From positions 85,949-149,948 of the forward strand of contig JAFRUN010000063.1 in assembly GCA_017438865.1 (NCBI GenBank): a stretch of 64,000 nucleotides of DNA. Direction: 5' to 3'. Below, one piece after another: positions 26,479 through 34,996 of the stretch (position 1 is the stretch's first letter; every line of letters starts with the position of its first letter). The position numbers and the translations under genes are program-made. A model generated the notes under the pieces. The model ran no database searches, was not told the origin of the DNA, and worked only from the letters and a program-made list of their open reading frames with translations. Source of the DNA: Clostridia bacterium. GTDB lineage: Bacteria; Bacillota; Clostridia; Christensenellales; CAG-138.

Positions 26479-27963
26479 ATGAAGAAGATCGGCGTTTTCG
26501 GGGGATCGTTTCACCCCGTCCACAACGGACATATCGCGCTTGCGAAGCATACTGCGGAAGCACTCGGGATCGACCGCGTGCTGTTTGTGATCGACCGCAT
26601 TCCGCCGCACAAAACGCTTGCGGAAGGCGCGACCGACGCGGAACGGCTCGACATCCTCCGCCTTGCGACGGAGGACGATCCGACGTTTGAAGTCGAGACG
26701 ATGGAGCTTTCGCGCGAAGGGACGAGCTATACCGTCGATACGCTGCGCGAGCTCAGCGAACGGTATCCGGATTCCGAACTGTATTTCTTTATGGGTTCGG
26801 ACATGCTGAACTCCTTCACGACCTGGCGTATGCCGGAAACGATCGCGACGCTTGCGACGCTTGTGTGTACGGTCCGGACGGGACAGAACGGCGGAGAGGA
26901 AGAAACGGCGAAGGACCTTCTTGCGCGCTACGGCGCAAAAGTCATCCTTTTGGACGAGGTTTCTCCCCTGTCCTCCACGCAGGTCCGGAACCGTATTCAT
27001 GAAGCCAAGCCGATCACAGGCATGATTCCGGACAAAGCCGCGCATTATATCTATCTGCACGGCTGCTATCAGCCGAAGGAGATCCATGCGTACTACGACC
27101 GGCTTAAAAAGGAACTGAAGCCGGAACGGATGGAACATACCGCTTATGTGCTCGAAACGGCGCTTTCGCTTGCCGAGCGGTTCGGCGCAGATCCCGAAAA
27201 GACACGGATCGCGGCGCTTCTGCATGACTGCGCGAAATATCTTCCGAAGGAGAAGCTGCTCTCCTATGCCGATACGGAGCCCGCAATGATTCCTGTGCTG
27301 CATGCGCCGGCAGGCGCGGATTACGCACGGGAGGCGTACGGCGTGACCGATCCGGAAATCTTGAACGCGATCCGTCTGCACACGACCGGCGACGCGGGCA
27401 TGACGCTCCTCGACAAGGTCGTCTATCTTGCCGACATGATCGAGCCGTCGCGATCGTATGAAGGCGTTGAAACGATCCGGCGCGCAGGTTCGCTCGACGA
27501 TATGATGCGTCTTGCTTTATCGCGCTCGATTTGGTATATTAAAGACAGAGGAAATCCCATCCATCCCGCGACGCTGCGGGCATTACAGGCATTAGGAGGT
27601 ACAATGGAACGGTACGGGGAACATGACGTCCTTGCGATCTGCGAGGTTTTATACAACAAAAAGGCAAGCGACATTCTTGCACTGCATATCGGCGACAAAA
27701 CGATCATCGCCGACTGGTTCGTCGTTGCCAGCGGAACGTCCGTCACGCATGTACGCGCGCTGTGCGACGAGCTGGAAGAAAAATCGGCCGAACTCGGACT
27801 TGAGATCCGCCGCAAGGAGGGCTATGAGGACGCGCGCTGGATCGTTCTGGACTACGGCTTTGCGCTCGTGCACCTGTTCCATCCCGAGGAACGCGCCTAT
27901 TACAACATCGAACGGTTATGGGAAGGCGATGACAATCTCATCCGCTATCCCGTTTCGGAATAA
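26479..27963 (+). CDS. nadD: Single ORF fusing nicotinate-nucleotide adenylyltransferase (NadD), YqeK HD-domain hydrolase and ribosome silencing factor RsfS
   Basis: NadD GGSFHPVHNGH; YqeK HD motif AALLHDCAKY from about 27090; RsfS-like 119 aa from ATG 27604. No stop codon between the three modules. Alternative start at 26473. Confidence 0.8.
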   Translation: MKKIGVFGGSFHPVHNGHIALAKHTAEALGIDRVLFVIDRIPPHKTLAEGATDAERLDILRLATEDDPTFEVETMELSREGTSYTVDTLRELSERYPDSELYFFMGSDMLNSFTTWRMPETIATLATLVCTVRTGQNGGEEETAKDLLARYGAKVILLDEVSPLSSTQVRNRIHEAKPITGMIPDKAAHYIYLHGCYQPKEIHAYYDRLKKELKPERMEHTAYVLETALSLAERFGADPEKTRIAALLHDCAKYLPKEKLLSYADTEPAMIPVLHAPAGADYAREAYGVTDPEILNAIRLHTTGDAGMTLLDKVVYLADMIEPSRSYEGVETIRRAGSLDDMMRLALSRSIWYIKDRGNPIHPATLRALQALGGTMERYGEHDVLAICEVLYNKKASDILALHIGDKTIIADWFVVASGTSVTHVRALCDELEEKSAELGLEIRRKEGYEDARWIVLDYGFALVHLFHPEERAYYNIERLWEGDDNLIRYPVSE

Positions 27964-27975
27964 TTTACGGAGGAC

Positions 27976-28626
27976 ATGAACATGGAACTTGCAAAGTATA
28001 TCGACCATACCCTTCTGAAACCCGAATCCACGCGCGAAGACATCCTTCGCATCTGCGAGGAAGCGAAGCATTACGGCACGGCAAGCGTCTGCGTCAATCC
28101 GTTCTGGATCGGCTTCGTCGCCGAACAATTGAAGGGCACCGACGTGAAACCCTGCTGCGTCATCGGCTTCCCTCTGGGCGCCACCCCCGCCTGCGTGAAG
28201 GCGTTTGAAACGAAAAAAGCCGTCGAAGACGGCGCAAAGGAAGTCGACATGGTCATCAACGTCGGCGCGCTCCGCGGCGGCGAAACGGACGTCGTGAAAA
28301 ACGACATCAAGGCGGTCGTCGATGCAGCGGCGGACAAAGCGCTCGTCAAGGTCATCATCGAGACCTGCCTTCTGACCGATGAGCAGAAGGTTACAGCTTG
28401 CAAGCTCGCAAAAGAAGCGGGCGCGGACTTTGTCAAGACCAGCACCGGCTTCTCCACCGGCGGCGCAACCGCGGCGGACGTCCGCCTGATGCGCGAAACG
28501 GTCGGTCCGGATTTGGGCGTCAAGGCAAGCGGCGGCGTTCGAAGCAAAGCGGACGCGGAAGCGATGATCGCTGCCGGCGCGTCGCGGATCGGCGCAAGCT
28601 CCTCGAAAAAGATCATCGAAGGATAA
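27976..28626 (+). CDS. deoC: Deoxyribose-phosphate aldolase
   Basis: [20 protein letters not shown] and Schiff-base lysine context FVKTSTGF. Confidence 0.9.
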   Translation: MNMELAKYIDHTLLKPESTREDILRICEEAKHYGTASVCVNPFWIGFVAEQLKGTDVKPCCVIGFPLGATPACVKAFETKKAVEDGAKEVDMVINVGALRGGETDVVKNDIKAVVDAAADKALVKVIIETCLLTDEQKVTACKLAKEAGADFVKTSTGFSTGGATAADVRLMRETVGPDLGVKASGGVRSKADAEAMIAAGASRIGASSSKKIIEG

Positions 28627-28640
28627 ATCGGATAAAACAA

Positions 28641-28672
28641 AACCGCCTGATCTTTATCAGGCGGTTCTTTTT
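28641..28672. terminator. Bidirectional terminator between deoC and the convergent operon
   Basis: AACCGCCTGAT cttt ATCAGGCGGTT flanked by an A-run upstream and CTTTTT downstream. Confidence 0.8.
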
Positions 28673-29537
28673 ATGCTTCGTAAAACGTGACGTTCTGTGC
28701 GTGCAGAAAATCCTTGATGACGTCCGGATGCGTGTGGACGGCAAGGTGCATCATGCCGCGGTCGACGTACGGATCGCTGTGCGGCGATTCCATCTTGATA
28801 TCGGCGCCGAGCAGCATCACGCCGATCCCGCATTGCATGCCCACGACGCGTCCTCCCGCATCGAACAGCGGCGCGCCGTTCATCCCGAGCGGCCCAGCAT
28901 TGGTCGTTTCGACGCCGAAGGAACGTTCGCCGTCGGAAAGGAACCGCGTCACGGTCCCGTCGAGCGCCAGTAGAGAGGACGCGTTTTTCCCGACCGATGT
29001 AAATTCGATCGCATCCTGTTCTTCGTCCAGCCGGAAGTTTTTAAATTCGGGCATCGGGAAGCCGAGACGGCACACCGTCTGCCCCTGCTTCGGCGCTTCT
29101 GCGGTAAACGTAACGTGTCCGCGATACAGATATTCGCCGTCCGTGACAAAGTGCAGCAGCGCAAGATCGTACTTGGGATGCGGCGTACATTCGATGCGGA
29201 TGTTCCCGACCGCGCAGCCGGGAAACGCATATCGGATCTGGACAGGCGTATCGTGCTCGAGCTTCATATCCCTTTCGAGCCGTTTCAGCGAAAACCGGTA
29301 GCTCTCGTCGTGCGGAAGCTCGGATTTCTTCTGCAGATAGACCTTGTACCGCTGTTCGACGCCGACCGACGCGCCGAGGATCGCGGAAACGCGCTTGGTA
29401 GTGATCGCATACCCGTATTCGTTCACGAAAAACAGCGTGGCGATATCCGGAAGAATCGCGTTGTCGCCGAATCTCCGGCGAATGATGTGCATCGGGCGGA
29501 TCGCCTCCCGGATGCTTTCGACTGCTTTTACAAACAT
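28671..29537 (-). CDS. Hypothetical protein with trypsin-like (Trypsin_2-like) fold signatures but non-canonical catalytic positions
   Basis: FFVNEYGYAITTKRV aligns to G.GF.V...G.ilTnaHV. YDLALLHF aligns to the DlAll Asp motif. GPLGMNGAPLFDAGGRVVGM aligns to G.SGgPl.d..G.vvGi. Confidence 0.5.
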   Translation of the reverse strand: MFVKAVESIREAIRPMHIIRRRFGDNAILPDIATLFFVNEYGYAITTKRVSAILGASVGVEQRYKVYLQKKSELPHDESYRFSLKRLERDMKLEHDTPVQIRYAFPGCAVGNIRIECTPHPKYDLALLHFVTDGEYLYRGHVTFTAEAPKQGQTVCRLGFPMPEFKNFRLDEEQDAIEFTSVGKNASSLLALDGTVTRFLSDGERSFGVETTNAGPLGMNGAPLFDAGGRVVGMQCGIGVMLLGADIKMESPHSDPYVDRGMMHLAVHTHPDVIKDFLHAQNVTFYEA

Positions 29538-29538
29538 A

Positions 29539-30330
29539 TTACCGCTCCTTCCCGTCGACCGGTTTGAAATTCAGAACGTTCAGTTCCGGCGTGTTGAAGA
29601 CGCGCGGAAACGGGATCGTGCTGCCGAGCCCGCGCGACACATGCATCATCGACGCGCCGATGGTATAAACGCCGGAGGTGTACTTCGGAAAAACGCCCTG
29701 TTCCGGTGCGTACAGACCGGCGCCGAACAGGCGGATCTGTCCGCCGTGCGCGTGTCCGGACAGGATCACGTCCGCACCCGTCCCGGCATACAGTGGAAAC
29801 CGCTCCGGCCGGTGCGCAAGGACGACGTTCAGCTTCTCACCGGAAAGCATCGCCCTGAGCGTTTCGGGTTCGGCATACTGCTTCAGGCCGATGATCCGAA
29901 CCGCGCCGGAATCGACAAATTCGTCGCGCAGAACGTGTACGCCGGCGTCTCCGATCGCTTTGATATATGCTTCCCCCGCCTCGCCGAGCGCGCACTCGTG
30001 ATTGCCCTCCGAAAAGAAAACCGGCGCAATGCGGACGCACTGATTCACAAGCGAGAATGCATTCCGGTAGGCGTTTTTGTTCTTCCGGTTGAAGAGATCG
30101 CCCGTGATGACGATCCGTTCCGGCTTTGCATCGCGGATCGTCCGCATCAGCTTTTCCTGCCCCGCGCCGAACCGCTTGTTATGCAGATCGCTGATCTGAA
30201 CGACCGTAAACGGTCTCACGACCTTTCTGTGCACGATCCCGGTGCGCCGGACGACAAACCGTCTGTTCTCCAAAAAGAACAGCAGATACGCGCAAATCAA
30301 TATGCCGATTGCGATCAGCGCAAAGATCAT
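29539..30330 (-). CDS. Membrane-anchored metallophosphoesterase (YkuE-like)
   Basis: N-terminal TM helix, then the calcineurin-like motifs ISDLH, TGDLFN, GNHE and SGHAHGGQ. Confidence 0.85.
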   Translation of the reverse strand: MIFALIAIGILICAYLLFFLENRRFVVRRTGIVHRKVVRPFTVVQISDLHNKRFGAGQEKLMRTIRDAKPERIVITGDLFNRKNKNAYRNAFSLVNQCVRIAPVFFSEGNHECALGEAGEAYIKAIGDAGVHVLRDEFVDSGAVRIIGLKQYAEPETLRAMLSGEKLNVVLAHRPERFPLYAGTGADVILSGHAHGGQIRLFGAGLYAPEQGVFPKYTSGVYTIGASMMHVSRGLGSTIPFPRVFNTPELNVLNFKPVDGKER

Positions 30331-31094
30331 TCCTCGGTACGCTCCATCAGTTTCTTCAGGATGTGATCATAATGAAAATGCGGTACGGTGCAGCCGGAGC
30401 AATCCTTGATCCCGTTTGCAAGATATGTCGGGTTGCCGCCGCAGTCTTTCCGCCGGTACAGCGGGCAGTAGCAGAACAGGCAGTTGAAATGGTCGGGATC
30501 GTTTGTTTTGTGACACGGGAAGTATTCGCAGGCGCGATTCTGCACAAAGCCGCAGAACCGGCTTTCTTTCAGCCCTTTTTCCCATTCATCGCGCGTCATG
30601 GAATAAGCGCAGTCGGCAGAAATCGATCCGTCCGTTCTGCGCGTCCGCAAACGAAGTGAGCCGTCATAGCGAAAGCCGCATTTTTGGATCACCTTTCCGG
30701 ATCGCACGTTGTTTACGTTCCGGAATACGACGATGCCGTCGAGCTGCAAGTCCGTAAAGCCGAAGTCGATCACCGCTTTCGCCGCCTCGGTCATCAATCC
30801 TCTGCCCCAGAAGTCGGGATGCAGAACGTATCCGAGCTCGCGGACGGTGTCGACACGCGTCGTATGCAGTCCGATCCCGCCGACGATGCGTCCGTCGGGC
30901 TTTAAAGTGACCGCCCACGTTTCGTTCTCTTCGATCGCGGATTTCAGGTATTCTTCGGAATCCGCGACCGATTTGTGCGGCGCCCAGCCCGCCGACGGAC
31001 CGACCAGCGGCGATTTCGCGTACTCGAACATGCCGGGCGCGTCTTCCGCCGTCCATGCGCGTAAAATCATGCGTTCCGTTTCGATCGTTTTCAT
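30327..31094 (-). CDS. GNAT N-acetyltransferase (RimJ/RimL-like) fused to a C-terminal cysteine-rich small domain
   Basis: GNAT core (HPDFWGRGLMTEA). The C-terminal 80 aa carry 9 Cys (CEYFPCH...CLFCYCP...DCGG...CSGC), resembling the Cys-rich small domain (zf-like) family. Confidence 0.75.
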   Translation of the reverse strand: MKTIETERMILRAWTAEDAPGMFEYAKSPLVGPSAGWAPHKSVADSEEYLKSAIEENETWAVTLKPDGRIVGGIGLHTTRVDTVRELGYVLHPDFWGRGLMTEAAKAVIDFGFTDLQLDGIVVFRNVNNVRSGKVIQKCGFRYDGSLRLRTRRTDGSISADCAYSMTRDEWEKGLKESRFCGFVQNRACEYFPCHKTNDPDHFNCLFCYCPLYRRKDCGGNPTYLANGIKDCSGCTVPHFHYDHILKKLMERTEE

Positions 31095-31104
31095 AGAATT
31101 CCTT

Positions 31105-31416
31105 TCAGATCGTCTTTCCGTCGATGGACTTTGTGACCGCCTTCGACATCCGGAGAATCAAATCGTGATGGTCAGTCAACAGGTTATAGACTGCATCCTC
31201 GGACAGAACGCCGCGGTTTAGGTCTTTCGGGAGTTTCCCCGCCTCGTCGTCCTCATAGTCCTTCATCCACAGCGTGCTTCCGTAATAGTCGGAAAGTTTT
31301 TTCAGCGCTTTCTGCGCCGCTTCGTACTGTTCCAGCGCGTCGGAAAGTATCTTGACTGCCTGCTCCGACTCGTTAAGATACCGTTCCATGCGTTCGATCC
31401 GTTCGATCTGGTTCAT
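31105..31416 (-). CDS. DUF4298-like small coiled-coil protein
   Basis: 103 aa. MERYLNE...YYGS..W..DYE...GKLP..L.RGVLSEDAVYNLL matches my recollection of DUF4298. Confidence 0.6.
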   Translation of the reverse strand: MNQIERIERMERYLNESEQAVKILSDALEQYEAAQKALKKLSDYYGSTLWMKDYEDDEAGKLPKDLNRGVLSEDAVYNLLTDHHDLILRMSKAVTKSIDGKTI

Positions 31417-31428
31417 AGCTTCCTCCGT

Positions 31429-32310
31429 TTAATGTGATCCTTTGTAACCGACGCCGTAGGTGTCGGTATAGTAGTCGATCCGTTTCGAATCGTTGAAAAG
31501 CGGCGGATACAGATTGTCTTCCGGCTCGATCCCCGCAAGACGGCAGACGGCGTCGTGACAGCGGATCGTAAGATCTCTTTCCCGCTCCTTCGGGTTCAGC
31601 GCAGGATTCGGGAACAGCGGTTCGCCGATCCGCAGCGTGAAACAGGCGATCTGACGGAAGATGTGCTTCCGGATCCAGCCGGGTTTGCGATACGAGAATC
31701 CGAGCGGCAGGATCGGCTTGTTCGTATCGACCGCAATGTGCGCCGCGCCGCGTTTGAACGGACGGACGGGCGCGTAGTATTCCCACATACTGCCTTCCGG
31801 ATAGATGTGCAGCCAGCCGTGATCGTTTTCCAGCATATCGCGGATCGCCTTGAGGTACGTTCTTGTTGCGGCGATGCCGGTATCGGGGATCGGGATGCCG
31901 CCGACCATGCGGATCAGCGTGCCGTTCTCGCCGTTAATGTTCGGCGCCCACGAAAGCAGGTTGGACCGGTACGGGCGAATCGCACACATGATCGAGAGAT
32001 AATCCCACATATGCACATGATTCGCGACGGACAGCGTTCCGTTGTTCAGCACGTCGCGGTGCTTTTTCAGGTTCTCCCGCCCCTCAATCTTCAGTCCGAG
32101 GCGGATCCTGCACAGCGGGAACACAAGGATGTTCAGCAAAATGCGGATCAGTTCCTGTTTGAAACGAAACGCTCTGCTGCGGTCGATATAGGGATATTCC
32201 GTATCGAATACGATCCCGCGGTCTTTGTGTACCTCCAGATAATGCCGGTCCGTGTTCTCGGGATACGGAAACCGGTCTGTTTTCGGATCAAATGTCATAG
32301 TGCCCCTCAT
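31429..32310 (-). CDS. Lysophospholipid (1-acyl-sn-glycerol-3-phosphate) acyltransferase family protein
   Basis: HX4D motif NHVHMWD plus downstream IYPEGS block. Confidence 0.75.
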   Translation of the reverse strand: MRGTMTFDPKTDRFPYPENTDRHYLEVHKDRGIVFDTEYPYIDRSRAFRFKQELIRILLNILVFPLCRIRLGLKIEGRENLKKHRDVLNNGTLSVANHVHMWDYLSIMCAIRPYRSNLLSWAPNINGENGTLIRMVGGIPIPDTGIAATRTYLKAIRDMLENDHGWLHIYPEGSMWEYYAPVRPFKRGAAHIAVDTNKPILPLGFSYRKPGWIRKHIFRQIACFTLRIGEPLFPNPALNPKERERDLTIRCHDAVCRLAGIEPEDNLYPPLFNDSKRIDYYTDTYGVGYKGSH

Positions 32311-32327
32311 TCTCCGTTTCGATTCTG

Positions 32328-33692
32328 TTATTTTACGATATCTCTTGCAACATGGACGCCGCTTGCGGACGCGTGCGACAGCGAGTGTGTGATGCCGCTT
32401 CCGTCGCCGATGATATAAAGCCCTTTATAGCGGGATTCGAGCTTTTCGTTGACCTCGACTTCCATGTTGTAGAACTTGACCTCCACGCCGTACAGCAGCG
32501 TGTCGTCGTTCGCGGTGCCGGGCGCGACCTTGTCGAGCGCATAGATCATCTCGATGATGCCGTCGAGGATCCGTTTCGGCAGAACAAGACTGAGATCGCC
32601 GGGCGTGGCGTTTAAGGTCGGCGTGATGAACGCATCGTTCATGCGGCTCGGCGTGGAGCGTCTGCCGCGGATCAGATCGCCGAAGCGCTGCACGATGACG
32701 CCGCCGCCCAGCATGTTGCTGAGCCGTGCGATCGATTCGCCGTAGCCGTTGGAATCCTTGAACGGCTCGGAAAAATGCTTTGCAACGAGCAGCGCGAAGT
32801 TCGTGTTTTCGGTCTGTTTTGCCGGATCCTCGTAGCTGTGTCCGTTCACGGTGATGATGCCGTTGGTGTTTTCGGTGACGACCGCGCCCTTCGGGTTCAT
32901 GCAGAACGTGCGGACGTTGTCGCCGTACTGCTTGGTGCGGTACACGATCTTGCTTTCATAGAGCTCGTCCGTGAGATGCGAGAACACGACCGCCGGCAGC
33001 TCAACGCGCACGCCGATGTCCACACGGTTGGACTTTGTCGGAATACCGAGCTCTTTGCAGACCTGTTCCATCCACTTGCTGCCGCTTCTGCCGACGGAAA
33101 CGATGCATTTTTCGCACGCAAAGACTTCGTCCGCACAGCGGATCAGATAACCCTCCTCCGTCGCTTCGATGCTCTGCGCAGGCGTGTCGAAGAAGAATTC
33201 GACCTTGTCCTTCAGATCATTATACAGGTTTTCGAGAACGACATAGTTGATGTCCGTGCCGAGATGACGCACCGACGCATCCAGAAGATGCAGATCGTTC
33301 TGGATGCAGAGCCGCTTGAACCGCGTGCCGGCGGTCGAATAGAGCTTCGTGCCCTCCCCGCCGTATTTCAGGTTGATCTCGTCCACATAGCGCATCAGAT
33401 CGAGCGCCTGTTTCCTGCCGATGTATTCGTACAGTGTTCCGCCGAAATCGTTGGTAATGTTGTATTTGCCGTCGGAAAACGCGCCCGCACCGCCGAATCC
33501 GCTCATGATTGAGCAGCTTTTGCAGCCGATGCAGGTCTTGATCTTTTCTCCGTCGATCGGGCAATGCCGCCGGTTCAGCGCGTGCCCCGCCTCAAACACG
33601 GCAACCTTCAGCCCGGGCTTCCTTTGCATCAGTTCATATGCGGCGAATATCCCGCCCGGTCCTGCGCCGATGATGATAACGTCGTATTTCAT
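32328..33692 (-). CDS. NAD(P)/FAD-dependent oxidoreductase (COG2509-like)
   Basis: Dinucleotide fold YDVIIIGAGPGGIFAA directly after the ATG at 33692 (RBS GGAGAA) and C-terminal GDGSG motif. The upstream 29 codons of the ORF were discarded. Confidence 0.8.
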   Translation of the reverse strand: MKYDVIIIGAGPGGIFAAYELMQRKPGLKVAVFEAGHALNRRHCPIDGEKIKTCIGCKSCSIMSGFGGAGAFSDGKYNITNDFGGTLYEYIGRKQALDLMRYVDEINLKYGGEGTKLYSTAGTRFKRLCIQNDLHLLDASVRHLGTDINYVVLENLYNDLKDKVEFFFDTPAQSIEATEEGYLIRCADEVFACEKCIVSVGRSGSKWMEQVCKELGIPTKSNRVDIGVRVELPAVVFSHLTDELYESKIVYRTKQYGDNVRTFCMNPKGAVVTENTNGIITVNGHSYEDPAKQTENTNFALLVAKHFSEPFKDSNGYGESIARLSNMLGGGVIVQRFGDLIRGRRSTPSRMNDAFITPTLNATPGDLSLVLPKRILDGIIEMIYALDKVAPGTANDDTLLYGVEVKFYNMEVEVNEKLESRYKGLYIIGDGSGITHSLSHASASGVHVARDIVK

Positions 33693-33750
33693 TTGATTTT
33701 CTCCTTTTGTCGAGTGAATATCTTGATTGTATTCCATATTGAACGCCGTT

Positions 33751-34680
33751 TCATGCGCCGATGAACCGCAGTATTTCATCGAGAACGGCCGGATCCTGCG
33801 CGGTCATGCGTTCGATGGGCTTATCGGCGAAAAACGCTTTTCTCGATTCAGGGGAATCAAGCGTTTTGTTTTGAACCAAACGTTCATATTCGCCGATCCA
33901 TGCGTTCATCGTTTCCAATGCTTCCTGCGTGTATTGCGGCGTGTGTTTTTTGTGCTCAAACGTCACGACGCGCACATTCGGATTTCCGATCTTCAACACC
34001 TGCCCGGCATTGTACCTGTAGTTCACCATGGGATCGTCTGTTGAATGAAACCAGAGAATCCTGTCCGTCGTCGATGCAAGATACGCGCGGTTGTCGAGCG
34101 AACCGAGATACGGATCGATTTTCCGTTCAAACCGCTTGATGCGGTTTGCAAGGACACGGAGCTTAACAAAGCCCATCATCTCATCCGCAATGCTTACAAA
34201 GCCGGAAAGAATGACGGCACGCGTGACGGACGGCGTCAGATGCGCGATGCTGAGCGCCGTATAGCCGCCCAGCGAATGACCGATCGGAATGATTTCTTCC
34301 CGAGGATGCAGACGATCGATCAGTTCAATCGCGTCCCGTGTCGGCGCATTGACAGAGGGCAGCTTTTCCCCGCCGGATGCCCCGCAGCCGGTGTAATCGA
34401 GCGTCAGTACCCGATAGCCCGCGCGGCAAAGGTTCGTGATCTCCGCAAGGTAGGCGGTATGTCCCGGTCCGATGCCGGGACAGAACAGAACAATCCTGTC
34501 CGGATCATATTCCGCGTATCGATAAAGGAAGTACCGAATCGGCACGCCCGCAGAATTCCGGAAGGTGTCGTCAGTGCATATGAACCCCGGAAAATCGGAA
34601 GCGCAGTAATACGGGATTGCTTCATCCTTGTCGAACTGCTGCATGAAGTTTTTTTGATAAAGATCGGTAATGATTCCCAT
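33751..34680 (-). CDS. Alpha/beta hydrolase
   Basis: Nucleophile elbow GHSLGG and a conserved HSTDDP-type acid/His region. 309 aa. Confidence 0.75.
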   Translation of the reverse strand: MGIITDLYQKNFMQQFDKDEAIPYYCASDFPGFICTDDTFRNSAGVPIRYFLYRYAEYDPDRIVLFCPGIGPGHTAYLAEITNLCRAGYRVLTLDYTGCGASGGEKLPSVNAPTRDAIELIDRLHPREEIIPIGHSLGGYTALSIAHLTPSVTRAVILSGFVSIADEMMGFVKLRVLANRIKRFERKIDPYLGSLDNRAYLASTTDRILWFHSTDDPMVNYRYNAGQVLKIGNPNVRVVTFEHKKHTPQYTQEALETMNAWIGEYERLVQNKTLDSPESRKAFFADKPIERMTAQDPAVLDEILRFIGA

Positions 34681-34770
34681 GGTTCCTCTTTGAATGTATC
34701 CTTAAACATTGTCACGCGTGATAAGTGCAACCGTCTCAACTGCGCATCCTCGACGAAAGAAATCGACATG

Positions 34771-34971
34771 CTACAGTTTCAGCACAGCAGATAATTCATC
34801 ATCTTCTTCGAAATATATCCTGTTGAATTCCTTACAGATGTCCTTCTGTTCAATATTTTCCTCATTATTTCATATGGTCAGCGTTATTCGGCTCATACAG
34901 TACTGAAATGAAGTCCTTCTTTTGACGGATTTGATTTTTGCTTTTAACGCATTTTTAAAATCACACATCAT
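34771..34971 (-). pseudogene. Small AT-rich ORF interrupted by one in-frame TGA
   Basis: RBS GGAGAA, then ATGATG; 33 codons, TGA (34872-34870), then 32 more codons (…NEENIEQKDICKEFNRIYFEEDDELSAVLKL) to TAG. Confidence 0.3.
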
Positions 34972-34996
34972 TGGTTCTCCATTTCTTTGCATATAT

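Noticed and set aside
34870-34872. In-frame TGA in the small islet ORF as a selenocysteine codon
   Set aside because: No convincing SECIS-like hairpin follows the TGA; the best stem I could find is only 4 bp. There is no redox-type Cys/Sec context. The gene is AT-rich foreign DNA, and no selA, selB or selC is visible. A nonsense mutation is simpler.
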